Source of the DNA: Acidimicrobiales bacterium
GTDB lineage: Bacteria > Actinomycetota > Acidimicrobiia > Acidimicrobiales > RAAP-2
Reading direction: 5' to 3'
Assembly (NCBI GenBank): GCA_043721635.1
Contig: JAYSQJ010000035.1
Coordinates: 1-53,586 of the forward strand
Length of the DNA stretch: 53,586 nt
Below are positions 28,089 through 37,438 of this stretch, piece after piece. The translations under genes and the position numbers were made by a program. A model generated the notes under the pieces. It made no database searches. It worked only from the letters and a program-made list of their open reading frames with translations, and was not told where the DNA came from. Each line of letters opens with the position of its first letter. Within the stretch, counting starts at the first letter, position 1.

Positions 28089-29161
28089 CGTCGACCGCGA
28101 CCTCGCAGGCCGGCGTGCCGGGCCTACTCACGGCCGAGGAGATCGCCCGCACCGCGGCCCACGTCGCCTCGCTGCAGGTGACAAGCGGACAGATCCCCTG
28201 GTTCGCCGGCGGCCACTGCGACCCGTGGAACCACGTCGAGGCGGCGATGGCCCTCACCGTGACCGGCTACGCCGAGGAGGCTAAGGCCGCCTACCGCTGG
28301 CTCGTTCGTCACCAGCTCGGCGACGGCAGTTGGTTCAACTACTACATTTGCGAACGCGTGAAGGACACGAGGCTCGACACCAACGTCTGTGCGTACCTCG
28401 CCGCCGGGGTGTACCACTACCTGCTGGCCACCGACGACGTGGACTTCGCCGTTGAGGTGTGGCCCGCGGTCGAGCGCGCCATTGAGTTCGTCCTTCGCTG
28501 GCAGCTCGACGACGGCACGATTCGCTGGTCGCTCGATTCGGTCGGTCGGCCCGAGTCCTCCGCGCTGCTGACCGGCTCCTCGTCGATCTTCCACTCGCTG
28601 CGCAGTGCCGTCGCCCTCGCCGAGCGCCTCGGCTTCGCGAGGCCCTCGTGGGAGCTCGCCGCCGGACGACTCGGCCACGCCGTCGCGCACCACCCCGGCG
28701 CCTTCGCGCCGAAGAACGAGTTCGCGATGGACTGGTACTACCCGATCTTCTCGGGCGCCCTCGGGGGCCCGCCCGGCGAGAAGCGCATCGACGACGGATG
28801 GGAACGTCACGTCATGGACGGCTACGGGGTGCGCTGCGTGTCCACCAATGACTGGGTCACCGCCGCCGAGACCGCGGAGTGCGTGTTGGCCCTCGACGCC
28901 CTCGGCCTCACCAGCCTCGCCCTCGACCTCTTCAGCTACACCCGGCGTCACCGTCGAGAAGACGGCGCCTACTGGACCGGCATTGCCTACCCCCAGGTAG
29001 TGACCTTTCCGAGCCTCGAGACCACGTCGTACACCGCGGCGGCGGTCATCCTGGCCGCCGACGCGCTGACCTCGTCGTCGCGCGCGGCCGGACTGTTCCG
29101 CCACGACGCCCTGCCCCGGCCGGTCGACCTCGCCGAACCGGGCTGCCCGCTGGTGCGCTAG
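28085..29161 (+). CDS. Prenyltransferase/terpene-cyclase-like (alpha/alpha)-barrel protein of unknown function
   Basis: Repeated Q(L)xDG(S/T)W-type motifs (QLGDGSW, QLDDGTI, REDGAYW), DPWNHVE and MDWYYP; GTGA coupling. Confidence 0.7.
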   Translation: MTSTATSQAGVPGLLTAEEIARTAAHVASLQVTSGQIPWFAGGHCDPWNHVEAAMALTVTGYAEEAKAAYRWLVRHQLGDGSWFNYYICERVKDTRLDTNVCAYLAAGVYHYLLATDDVDFAVEVWPAVERAIEFVLRWQLDDGTIRWSLDSVGRPESSALLTGSSSIFHSLRSAVALAERLGFARPSWELAAGRLGHAVAHHPGAFAPKNEFAMDWYYPIFSGALGGPPGEKRIDDGWERHVMDGYGVRCVSTNDWVTAAETAECVLALDALGLTSLALDLFSYTRRHRREDGAYWTGIAYPQVVTFPSLETTSYTAAAVILAADALTSSSRAAGLFRHDALPRPVDLAEPGCPLVR

Positions 29162-29790
29162 ACGCGTCGCAGCACTCGCAGCGACCCCACGGCCTCCACG
29201 TCGACGAAGAGCGCGCTCTCGAGGGCGGCCAGGTAGATCTCGTAGGGCGGACGTCCGCCCTCGGCCGGGTCCTCGAAGACGTCGTGGATGATCAGCAGCC
29301 CGTCGGTGACGACCTTCGGCGTCCACGCCTCGTAGTCGGCCCACGCGACCTGCGCGCCGTGGCCACCGTCGATGAAGAGCAGCTCGAGCGGCTGGGCGAA
29401 GTGCGCGGCGACTCGCCCGGACGGACCGACGAGCCCGAGCACCGTCGCCTCCAGGCCAGCGTCGGCGATCGTGCGCTGCCAGGTCGGCAGTGTGTTCAGC
29501 CGACCGTCGTAGGCGTCGACGAGGGTGGCGTCGAAGTGCTCCCAGCCCTCCTGGTTCTCCTCGCTGCCGTGGTGGTGGTCGAGGGAGTAGACGACGCTGG
29601 CCGAACGCTCGGCGGCCGCTCCCAAGTAGACCGCGGACTTGCCGCACCACGCGCCCACCTCGAGCCAGGTGCCCGACGGGAATCGCTCGCCGTGCTCGGT
29701 GCCGTGTCGCAAGAGCGCGAGGCCCTCCTCGCGGGGCATGAAGCCCTTCACCGTGTCGGCGAAGTCGAGCAGGTCGTCGTGGCGGCTCAT
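29158..29790 (-). CDS. Class I SAM-dependent methyltransferase (Methyltransf_24-like)
   Basis: EVGAWCGKS, DHHHGSEENQ, FIDGGH and IHDVF. Confidence 0.85.
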   Translation of the reverse strand: MSRHDDLLDFADTVKGFMPREEGLALLRHGTEHGERFPSGTWLEVGAWCGKSAVYLGAAAERSASVVYSLDHHHGSEENQEGWEHFDATLVDAYDGRLNTLPTWQRTIADAGLEATVLGLVGPSGRVAAHFAQPLELLFIDGGHGAQVAWADYEAWTPKVVTDGLLIIHDVFEDPAEGGRPPYEIYLAALESALFVDVEAVGSLRVLRRV

Positions 29791-30389
29791 CAGACCACCA
29801 AGGATAGGAGCGTCCAGAGGCCCAGGCCGGCGAAGATCAGGCCCCCCGCGAGGCGGATTCGGTACAAGGGGATCACGCGCACCAACGCCGCGCCGCCGTA
29901 GGCGCCGAGGAACGAGATCAGAATCATGGCGAGCGACGACGCGACGAAGACCTCGAGGGGCTGGTGGAGCTTCGCCTCGAAGTTGGCCGCCTGGATCTGG
30001 GTGAGGTCGCCGAACTCGCCGATGAAGATGACGGCGAAGGCCGTCGTAATCTCGCGCCACCGGGTGCTGTGCCTCTCGGGCTCGGCCTCACGCTCGCCCT
30101 TCTCCTCCTCCTCCTTCTGCGAGACGAGCAGGAGGTAGCCGGCCCCGCCGAGGAAGAGAAGTCCGACGATGAGGTCCTTCCAGCGCGCCGGGAAGAGGGT
30201 GAGCAGCGAGCCGGCGCCGACGGCGAGGCCCATCTGCAGGACGAAGGCGGTCGACGCGCCGATGACGATCATCGCGGGCCGGGCCCTCGTGCTCATGATG
30301 ATGGTCGCGATGAACGTCTTGTCGGGCAGCTCGAGCACGAACATCAGGGCGAAGATGCCCACGAACGTCCCGACGTGCATCGACGTCAC
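29790..30389 (-). CDS. GDT1/TMEM165 (UPF0016) cation transporter
   Basis: Two E-x-x-D-x-T motifs: ELPDKT and EFGDLTQ. Confidence 0.88.
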   Translation of the reverse strand: MTSMHVGTFVGIFALMFVLELPDKTFIATIIMSTRARPAMIVIGASTAFVLQMGLAVGAGSLLTLFPARWKDLIVGLLFLGGAGYLLLVSQKEEEEKGEREAEPERHSTRWREITTAFAVIFIGEFGDLTQIQAANFEAKLHQPLEVFVASSLAMILISFLGAYGGAALVRVIPLYRIRLAGGLIFAGLGLWTLLSLVV

Positions 30390-32912
30390 CTAAATTTGCT
30401 GGCGTACGGCCCGGGCGAAGGTCTGTCCGACGCGCATGCGCTCGATCTTCTGTAGGACCGTGCGCTGCTCGCCGCCGATGGGGTGAGCGATGTGGAAGCC
30501 CTCGACCTCGTTGGCGAACGCTTCGTCGCGGATGAACGTCGGCAGGCCGAGGGTCATGCGCGACTGGGCGCTCGGAGGGAACTTCGCCATTGCTTCGTCC
30601 CAGCGCTCGGTGAGGTAGCGCCACACGCTCGGTCCGGTCCTCTCGTTGCGAGTGAGCAGGCCGAGCACGCTCGGGCCGTCCTGGGTGCGGAACGTGGAGA
30701 AGCACTTCTCGGCCGCGTCGAGGGCCACCTTCTCGTCACCGAAGCCGCCGAGGGCGAAGAGGTAGCGCTGCTCCTCCTGGGGGTTCGGGGCGTGGTGGTA
30801 GCGCTCGAGGAACGTCTCGTAGGCGCCCGATTGGTTCTCGTGCGCCACAATCAGCATGATCGCGTGGGCCAGGTCGCCCTCGATGGTGTTGGCCCCAAAC
30901 CGGCGCTGCGCCTCGGCGCGCACCGACTCGTCGGCACCGATGGTCCCGAGGGTGCCGATGATGATGCCGCGCATCTGGGGCGTGCGCTCGTTCTCCCCGT
31001 CCACCGCGTCCCAGCCGAGGCGCTCGAACTGCGGGCCGAAGAGATCGCGCACGGTGGCGGCGAAGGTTGCGCGCTGGTCTTCGCCGAGGGCCCGGTGCAC
31101 GAAGTCGACGGCCGTGGCAACGGTGCCCCACGGCGTGGGCTCGTCCTGGTTGCCCAGGCCCCGCGCGATGGCGAGTCCCTCCACCAGGGTGATGCGACTC
31201 GCCAAGAGCGAGGCCCAGCTGTCGACGACGAGCGTCGCGCGCTCGAACTCCTCAAGCTCACCGAGGTGGTTCGCGATCTCAGCGAGCTCCACTGGCCCGT
31301 AGCGCGAGCGAAAGACCCCCGAGCCGCCGGCGTTCACCACGACCGGCGCGGCGTCGGAGACCTCGAGTGCCACGTCGCCCAGGAGGTGGCGGCTGACCGG
31401 CCCGCCCTTTAGCGAGCGGGTGAAGACCGGGGTCATCCACGACGACCCGATGGAGCTGGCGCCGCGCGCCGGGCCGTAGGAGAAGGGCTCTTGGGTGAGC
31501 GCGCCGTCCTGGAAGGTGACGATGGGGTGACCGCCCTGGAGGATCCAGGTGTTCATCATGTCGCGCACGGGCTGGCCGGAGACCTCCTCCAAGGCGTCCC
31601 ACAGGTCGGTCGTGACGGTGTTGGCGTAGCTGTGCTTGGCCAGGTAGTAGCGGATGCCGTCGCGGAAAATCTCGGCGCCCAGGTACTGCTCGAGCATGCG
31701 CAGCACCGAGCCGCCCTTCTCGTACGTGAGGACGTCGAACATCCCGCGGGTGTCGTCGGGGGAGATGACCTCGTACTCGATCGGGCGTGTCGAGTGCAGT
31801 CCGTCGACCTGCAGCGCGGCGTCGCGGTCGACGCCGAAGCCGACCCACATCTTCCACTGGGGGCGCAGGTCGTCGGTGCAGAGAACCTCCATGAAGGTGG
31901 CGAAGGCCTCGTTCAGCCAGATGCCCTCCCACCACTCCATCGTCACGAGGTCACCGAACCACATGTGGGCGATCTCGTGGGCGACAACGGTGGCGACGCG
32001 CTGCTTCTCGGCCAGGGACGCACTCTTCGGGTCGACCAGCAACGCCGATTCGCGGTAGGTGATGCACCCGAGGTTCTCCATCGCGCCGAAGGCGAAGTCC
32101 GGAATGGCCACCATGTCGAGCTTGTCGCCGGGGTAGGCGATGTCGAAGTACTCGGAGAAGAAGCGCAGTGCGTGGGCCCCCGCCTCGAACGCGAGCGCGG
32201 TGAGGTGGCCCTTGCCAGGGGGATAGACGATGCGCAGCGGCACGCCGTCGACGTCGAGCGCGGCCGTCTCCTCGAACGGCCCGATGACGAAGGCCACCAG
32301 GTACGTCGACATCTTCATGGTCGGAGCGAAGCTGACCGTGCGCTGGCCGTTGCCGAGATCGGTGTTCGAGGTGACCGGGGAGTTGGAGTATGCGGCCAGG
32401 TGGCTGGGGACGGTCAGGTTGACCTGGAACGTCGCCTTGAAGGACGGCTCATCCCAGCAGGGGAAGGCGCGACGGGCGTCGGAGTGCTCGAACTGCGTTG
32501 TGGCGATCATGTGCGAGACGCCCTCTACGTCGGTGAACGTCGAGCGGTAGAAGCCCACCAGGAGGTCGTTCAGCACTCCGGTGAACGCGATCTCCACGAC
32601 GGCCGGCCCGATGGGCAGCGCGTGGTCGAAGAGGAACGTCGTGGTCTCGTAGATGTGATCCTGGCGCACGTCGACCGAGCGCAGGCTCGTGCCGGCGGCG
32701 GTGACGGTCGCGGCGCCGAGCACCAGGTCGACCGCGTGCAGGCTGAACTGCTGGCTCGACTCGCTGAGGACGACGTCGATCTCGACCCGTCCGGCGAAGG
32801 TCGCGCCGTCGAGGTCGGGCGTGATGAAGAGCCGGTAGGCCGAGGGAAGGACCGAGCGTTCGAGGCGATAGGGGTTCGAGGAAGCATTCACGAGTTTCAA
32901 CCTTACGCCCAA
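30390..32912 (-). CDS. M1-family aminopeptidase
   Basis: ARRAFPCWDEP, GAMEN, HEIAH-x18-E and YEKG; start uncertain. Confidence 0.93.
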   Translation of the reverse strand: MGVRLKLVNASSNPYRLERSVLPSAYRLFITPDLDGATFAGRVEIDVVLSESSQQFSLHAVDLVLGAATVTAAGTSLRSVDVRQDHIYETTTFLFDHALPIGPAVVEIAFTGVLNDLLVGFYRSTFTDVEGVSHMIATTQFEHSDARRAFPCWDEPSFKATFQVNLTVPSHLAAYSNSPVTSNTDLGNGQRTVSFAPTMKMSTYLVAFVIGPFEETAALDVDGVPLRIVYPPGKGHLTALAFEAGAHALRFFSEYFDIAYPGDKLDMVAIPDFAFGAMENLGCITYRESALLVDPKSASLAEKQRVATVVAHEIAHMWFGDLVTMEWWEGIWLNEAFATFMEVLCTDDLRPQWKMWVGFGVDRDAALQVDGLHSTRPIEYEVISPDDTRGMFDVLTYEKGGSVLRMLEQYLGAEIFRDGIRYYLAKHSYANTVTTDLWDALEEVSGQPVRDMMNTWILQGGHPIVTFQDGALTQEPFSYGPARGASSIGSSWMTPVFTRSLKGGPVSRHLLGDVALEVSDAAPVVVNAGGSGVFRSRYGPVELAEIANHLGELEEFERATLVVDSWASLLASRITLVEGLAIARGLGNQDEPTPWGTVATAVDFVHRALGEDQRATFAATVRDLFGPQFERLGWDAVDGENERTPQMRGIIIGTLGTIGADESVRAEAQRRFGANTIEGDLAHAIMLIVAHENQSGAYETFLERYHHAPNPQEEQRYLFALGGFGDEKVALDAAEKCFSTFRTQDGPSVLGLLTRNERTGPSVWRYLTERWDEAMAKFPPSAQSRMTLGLPTFIRDEAFANEVEGFHIAHPIGGEQRTVLQKIERMRVGQTFARAVRQQI

Positions 32913-32930
32913 ACGTTCTACGCTCGCTAA

Positions 32931-33968
32931 GTGACAAATTCGCCCACGCCCGTCTCACTGCGAGTGAAGCCGGGACCCAACCGACTCGCGGTGACCGGCA
33001 TTGGCAACGCGATGCTCGACATCATCACGCAGGACTCCCGTGAGGTCTTCCGTGATCTCGGGCTCGTGAAGGCCGCGATGGCCCTTATCGAAGAGCACCA
33101 GCTCGACACCTTCTACAACGCCATGGGCCCGACCATCCAGATGTCGGGCGGGTCGGTCGCCAACACCATCGCGGGGGTCGCAGCGCTGGGCGGCACGTGC
33201 GGTTACATCGGCAAGGTCGCCAACGACGACTTCGGCCACCAGTTCACCCACGACCTCGCGTCGATGGGCGTGGAGCTCGACCTCGCGACCGCGGGAGCGG
33301 ACGAGGGCGCGACCGGCCGGTGCCACGTCTTCATCTCCGACGACGCCCAGCGCACCATGGCGACTTACCTCGGCGCCTCGAACCAGCTTCGGGTCACGGA
33401 CATCAACGAGCGCCTGATCGCGCGCTCCGAGATCACCTACGTCGAGGGGTACCTCTTCGACCTGCCCCCGGCCAAGGAGGCGATCCGCAAGGTGGTCAAC
33501 TTCGCCCACGAGCACGACTCGATGGTGGCGCTGTCGCTGTCGGACATGTTCTGCGTCGAGCGTCACCGACGAGACTTCCTCGACCTAGTGACCCACGATG
33601 TCGACGTGCTGCTCGCCAACGAGACCGAGATCCGCGCACTGTTCAACGTGGAGACCCTCGAGGCGGCGTTCGGGGCGCTCGACGAGCTCGGCATCCTCGC
33701 GGTCGTCACGCGCGGCCCCCGTGGCGCCGACGTCGCCACCGTGTCGGGCGTCGTGAGCGTGCCCGCCCACGAGGTCGAGCACGTCGTCGACCAGAACGGG
33801 GCGGGCGACATGTTCGCCTCGGGGTTCCTCTACGGCCTCGCCCTGGGCGCCGACCCGGTCGAGGCGGCCGAGTTGGGATCGCTGTGCGCCGGTGAGATCA
33901 TCACCCACCTGGGGGCCCGTCCCGAGAGCGACCTCGAGGAGCTGGCCATCCAGGCCGGCCTCCTCTAG
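32931..33968 (+). CDS. PfkB-family (adenosine-kinase-like) kinase
   Basis: GIGNAMLD, GGSVAN, RTMATYLGA, EGYL and GAGDMFASG; TACGCT 6 nt before GTG. Confidence 0.88.
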   Translation: MTNSPTPVSLRVKPGPNRLAVTGIGNAMLDIITQDSREVFRDLGLVKAAMALIEEHQLDTFYNAMGPTIQMSGGSVANTIAGVAALGGTCGYIGKVANDDFGHQFTHDLASMGVELDLATAGADEGATGRCHVFISDDAQRTMATYLGASNQLRVTDINERLIARSEITYVEGYLFDLPPAKEAIRKVVNFAHEHDSMVALSLSDMFCVERHRRDFLDLVTHDVDVLLANETEIRALFNVETLEAAFGALDELGILAVVTRGPRGADVATVSGVVSVPAHEVEHVVDQNGAGDMFASGFLYGLALGADPVEAAELGSLCAGEIITHLGARPESDLEELAIQAGLL

Positions 33969-34813
33969 AGTCCCTGGCGGTCCAGTTCGGCGTCGAGCTC
34001 TCGGGTACGCACGGTCTCCCACGCCACCCACGCCACGGCAATCGGGATGCAGGCGAGCAGCATCAGCGCGTCGCCCCCGATCCACATAATGGCGCCACCA
34101 AGGTGGATGCTGTCGAGGATCGACGCAGCCGTGGACCCCGTCGGTGACAGGTGGCGGTAGCTCGGGAAGGGGTTCCTCGAGGACATCGCGAGGGCGAGTC
34201 CCGTGAACGTGTCAACCGGTACCGCCGCCATCACGTAGACCAGGCGCAGCCCGCGGTGGATGGTCGTACCGCGCTCGAGTCCGAAGGCCACCCGGAAGAA
34301 GAGGTAGCCCGTCACGAGGAAGGCGACGTGCTCGAGGTTGTGGAGCCAGTCGTGGCGCAACATGAGGTCGAACAGGCCCGTGAGGTGCGCCGTTGGAATG
34401 AAGGCGAAGTAGAGGGCGAAGGCGAAGAGCGGGTGGGTGACCACCGACATGATCCGTCCGTCGAGGAGCGCTCGGAGCGCCCCGCCGCCGACCGCGTGCG
34501 CCAGGTCCAAGGGGGCGCTCAGCGCGAAGAGCGGTGCCGCGACCATAATCAACAAGAGATGCTGGATCATGTGGTCGCTGAAGTAGGCCCGGTCAAAGAC
34601 GCCGACGACCGATTCGGTCGCGACGAACGTGATGACCAGTCCGGCGACGAAGGACGTCGTTCGCCACGCCGACCAACGACCGGATCGACGCGCCGCCATC
34701 ACGTAGAGCAGGCCCGCCGCGAGGAGGATCACGACCGGGACGGCGTCGAGCCGCCACTGGTTGAGGTGGTGCCATGAGAACTGTTGAATCGTGGACAACG
34801 GCACGGTGTGCAT
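33965..34813 (-). CDS. ctaG: Cytochrome c oxidase assembly factor (caa3-CtaG type)
   Basis: FSDHMIQHLLLIMVAAPL and GGAIMWIGGD; multi-pass membrane protein. Confidence 0.8.
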   Translation of the reverse strand: MHTVPLSTIQQFSWHHLNQWRLDAVPVVILLAAGLLYVMAARRSGRWSAWRTTSFVAGLVITFVATESVVGVFDRAYFSDHMIQHLLLIMVAAPLFALSAPLDLAHAVGGGALRALLDGRIMSVVTHPLFAFALYFAFIPTAHLTGLFDLMLRHDWLHNLEHVAFLVTGYLFFRVAFGLERGTTIHRGLRLVYVMAAVPVDTFTGLALAMSSRNPFPSYRHLSPTGSTAASILDSIHLGGAIMWIGGDALMLLACIPIAVAWVAWETVRTRELDAELDRQGL

Positions 34814-34860
34814 CCTACGAGGGGCTTTGGACGTCCTAGGCCCCCCATTAGGCTGGGGCG

Positions 34861-35235
34861 GTGACGTCGAAGTATTTCTCCCGCCGAGCGCTCGGACTTC
34901 ATCTGGCGCTGGCCATCTGGATCGGCGTGTGCGCCGTGGCGGCGTGGTGGCAGGTCGGCCGTGCGATCCAGGGCAGTTCGCTCAGCTACTTCTACGCTAT
35001 CGAGTGGCCGGTCTTTGGCATCTTCGGCGTCCTCGGCTGGTTCGCCCTCTTGAACCTCGAGAAGGTCACCGAACACCAGGAGAAGGCCCGTCGCGAGTAC
35101 GAGGAGCACAAGCGCGCCGAGGCCCGAGCAGCCCGCGAGGCGAGTGGCGAGCCCGAGGACCCGATCCTCGCCGCCTACAACGACCACCTCGCCCAGATCG
35201 CCTCGTCGCCCAAGAGGAAGCTCTGGGGCCACTGA
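34861..35235 (+). CDS. Conserved-looking 2-TM membrane protein
   Basis: WWQVGRA, YAIEWPVF and LAAYNDHLA; TAGGCT 6 nt before GTG. Confidence 0.75.
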   Translation: MTSKYFSRRALGLHLALAIWIGVCAVAAWWQVGRAIQGSSLSYFYAIEWPVFGIFGVLGWFALLNLEKVTEHQEKARREYEEHKRAEARAAREASGEPEDPILAAYNDHLAQIASSPKRKLWGH

Positions 35236-35561
35236 TGGACCCCACCTTCCGGCGCTACCGCCTCATGTCGTTCGTCACCGGCACGACCCTGTTGAGCCTG
35301 TTCGTCACGCTGTTCCTGCACGCGGTGGACCTCTCGTTCTGGGAGCACTTGAAGTGGTTCGTCAAGGTCGTGGGTGTCGGCCACGGGGTGTTGCTCTACC
35401 CGCTCTACATGGTCACCTGCTTCCAGGTGGTGCTGAAGTTCCATCTCAACGTCGCGCTACTGGCGCTGATGTTCCTCGCCGGCTTCGTGCCCGGCCTGGC
35501 GTTCTACCTCGAGTACCGGATGCGCCGGCGGCTCTATCCGAACGGCTTCGAGCACCCGTGA
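35235..35561 (+). CDS. DUF3817-like membrane protein
   Basis: YRLMSFVTG, GHGVLLYPLY and AGFVPGLAFYLE; TGATG coupling. Confidence 0.75.
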   Translation: MDPTFRRYRLMSFVTGTTLLSLFVTLFLHAVDLSFWEHLKWFVKVVGVGHGVLLYPLYMVTCFQVVLKFHLNVALLALMFLAGFVPGLAFYLEYRMRRRLYPNGFEHP

Positions 35562-36412
35562 GCAGTCCCTGGCTCTCGCGCCGAGTCATCGCCTACGCCC
35601 ACCAGGGCGGTTCCTTTGAGGGGCCGTCCTCGACGCTCGCGGCGATCGAGTGGTCCCTCGCGGGAGGTGCCACCGCCGTCGAGCTTGACGTCCACGCGAC
35701 CCGGGACCGAAGAATCGTCGTGAGCCACGACGAGACCGTCGACCGCACGACCAACCACCACGGGGAGATCGCGGACCTCTCCTTGGCGCAACTGCGCGAG
35801 ATGGACAACGCCTACTGGTGGATCGCCGGTGAGGCGGTGACTCCCGGGCGCGCCGACGAGGAGTACGTCCATCGCGCCAAGGCGCCCCGGGACCGCGACT
35901 ACGCCCTCGCGACGCTCGAGGAGGTGTCGCAGAGATTCCCCGGCGTCCTCTTGAACCTGGACATCAAGCGCACGAGCCCCGACGTTGAGCCCTACGAGGA
36001 GCTGCTCGCGGACGAACTGCGCCGCCTCGAACGGACTGGCTCGGTCATCGTCGCGTCGTTCCTCGACCACGCCATCCAGTCGTTCCGGGCGCTGGCGCCC
36101 GAGGTGGCGACGTCGGCGGCGACCGGGGAGACGGCCACGTTCTACTTCTCGCTCCAGGAGGGCTCTGCGAAGGTGCCGCCGGCCCAGGCGCTCCAGGTTC
36201 CGGCAACCTTCGGCGACGTCACCGTTGTCGACGAGCGCTTCGTCGAGGCCGCCCACGAAGCGGGCCTCGCCGTGCACGTCTGGACCATCAACGAGGAGGA
36301 CGAGATGCGAGCGCTGGTCGACCTCGGGGTCGACGGCATCGTCAGCGACCGGCCGACGCGGTTGGCCCGGGTCCTGAAGGAACGGGGCTGCGCGTGGGAC
36401 GGGGTGCTGTAG
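35558..36412 (+). CDS. Glycerophosphodiester phosphodiesterase family protein
   Basis: AHQGG, ELDVHAT, HDETVDRTT, VHVWTIN and GIVSDRP. Confidence 0.9.
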   Translation: MSSPWLSRRVIAYAHQGGSFEGPSSTLAAIEWSLAGGATAVELDVHATRDRRIVVSHDETVDRTTNHHGEIADLSLAQLREMDNAYWWIAGEAVTPGRADEEYVHRAKAPRDRDYALATLEEVSQRFPGVLLNLDIKRTSPDVEPYEELLADELRRLERTGSVIVASFLDHAIQSFRALAPEVATSAATGETATFYFSLQEGSAKVPPAQALQVPATFGDVTVVDERFVEAAHEAGLAVHVWTINEEDEMRALVDLGVDGIVSDRPTRLARVLKERGCAWDGVL

Positions 36413-36420
36413 GGACGGCC

Positions 36421-36504
36421 TTAGCCGCGGCCGCAGTTCGGCTTCTTGCCGTGATTGGCCTTCTTCTTCGCGCGCAGCTTGCGCTTGACCGTCCGCTTTG
36501 ACAT
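36421..36504 (-). CDS. 50S ribosomal protein bL37 (27 aa, not in ORF track)
   Basis: MSKRTVKRKLRAKKKANHGKKPNCGRG*; contains the KANHGK.PN signature of actinobacterial bL37. Confidence 0.85.
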   Translation of the reverse strand: MSKRTVKRKLRAKKKANHGKKPNCGRG

Positions 36505-36569
36505 AGGTGACAATGTTACTGGGTGGCGGGTACTTCTGGCCAAACGAGGGGACTTTCGTGGAGAACAGC

Positions 36570-37421
36570 GTGACCACCCGGGGACGGCTCGTCATCGTCG
36601 CGACGCCGCTCGGGAATCTGGGCGACATCTCGCGCCGGGCGCTCGATCTCCTCGCCAGCGCCGACTTCGTCTACTGCGAGGACACGAGACGATCCAGCAC
36701 GCTCTTCAGCGCCCACTCGATCCCGGTGCGGGGACGCCTTCGGGCGCTGCACGAGCACAACGAGGCCTCGCTGTGCGAGGAGGTCATCGGCCACGTCAGC
36801 GAGGGGCGCGTGATCGTGCTCATCAGCGACGCCGGCACGCCCGGCATCAGCGACCCCGGTTCGCGGATCGTGGCCGCGGTCGCCGACGCCGGCCTCGACG
36901 TCACCACCGCCCCGGGACCGTCGGCGGTCGTCGCGGCTCTGTCGATCAGCGGCCTGGCGACCGAGCGCTTCGCGATGGAGGGGTTCGTACCCCGCAAGGC
37001 CGGCGAGCGCGAGCGGCTCTACGCGCAGTGGGGGCGCGAGACGCGCACCATTGTCTTCTACGAGTCACCCCAGCGATTGGCGGCGACGCTCGCCGAGCTG
37101 GCCGGGCACTACGCCGCTCGCCGGGTCTGCGTGGCCCGCGAGATCACCAAACTCCACGAGGAGGTGCTGCGCGGGACGCTCGCCGAGGTCGCGGCGCTGC
37201 TCGGTGCGCGCGACGTCCTCGGTGAGATCGTCGTGGTGCTCGAGGGCGCGCACGCCGAGGCCCCGGCCGACGACGCGGTGATTCGCGCCGCGCTGGACGA
37301 GCAGTTCGCTGACGGGGCCTCCACCCGCGACGCGGTGTCGTTCGTCGCTGAGTCGCTCGGGGCGGCGCGACGGGTCGTCTACCAGCTCGCGCTCGAACGG
37401 CGCGCTGACGAGGGCCGTTGA
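36570..37421 (+). CDS. rsmI: 16S rRNA (C1402-2'-O)-methyltransferase
   Basis: VATPLGNLGDIS, CEDTR, SDAGTPGISDPG, YESPQR and REITKLHEE. Confidence 0.94.
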   Translation: MTTRGRLVIVATPLGNLGDISRRALDLLASADFVYCEDTRRSSTLFSAHSIPVRGRLRALHEHNEASLCEEVIGHVSEGRVIVLISDAGTPGISDPGSRIVAAVADAGLDVTTAPGPSAVVAALSISGLATERFAMEGFVPRKAGERERLYAQWGRETRTIVFYESPQRLAATLAELAGHYAARRVCVAREITKLHEEVLRGTLAEVAALLGARDVLGEIVVVLEGAHAEAPADDAVIRAALDEQFADGASTRDAVSFVAESLGAARRVVYQLALERRADEGR

Positions 37422-37438
37422 TTCAGTACCCTTGACGG

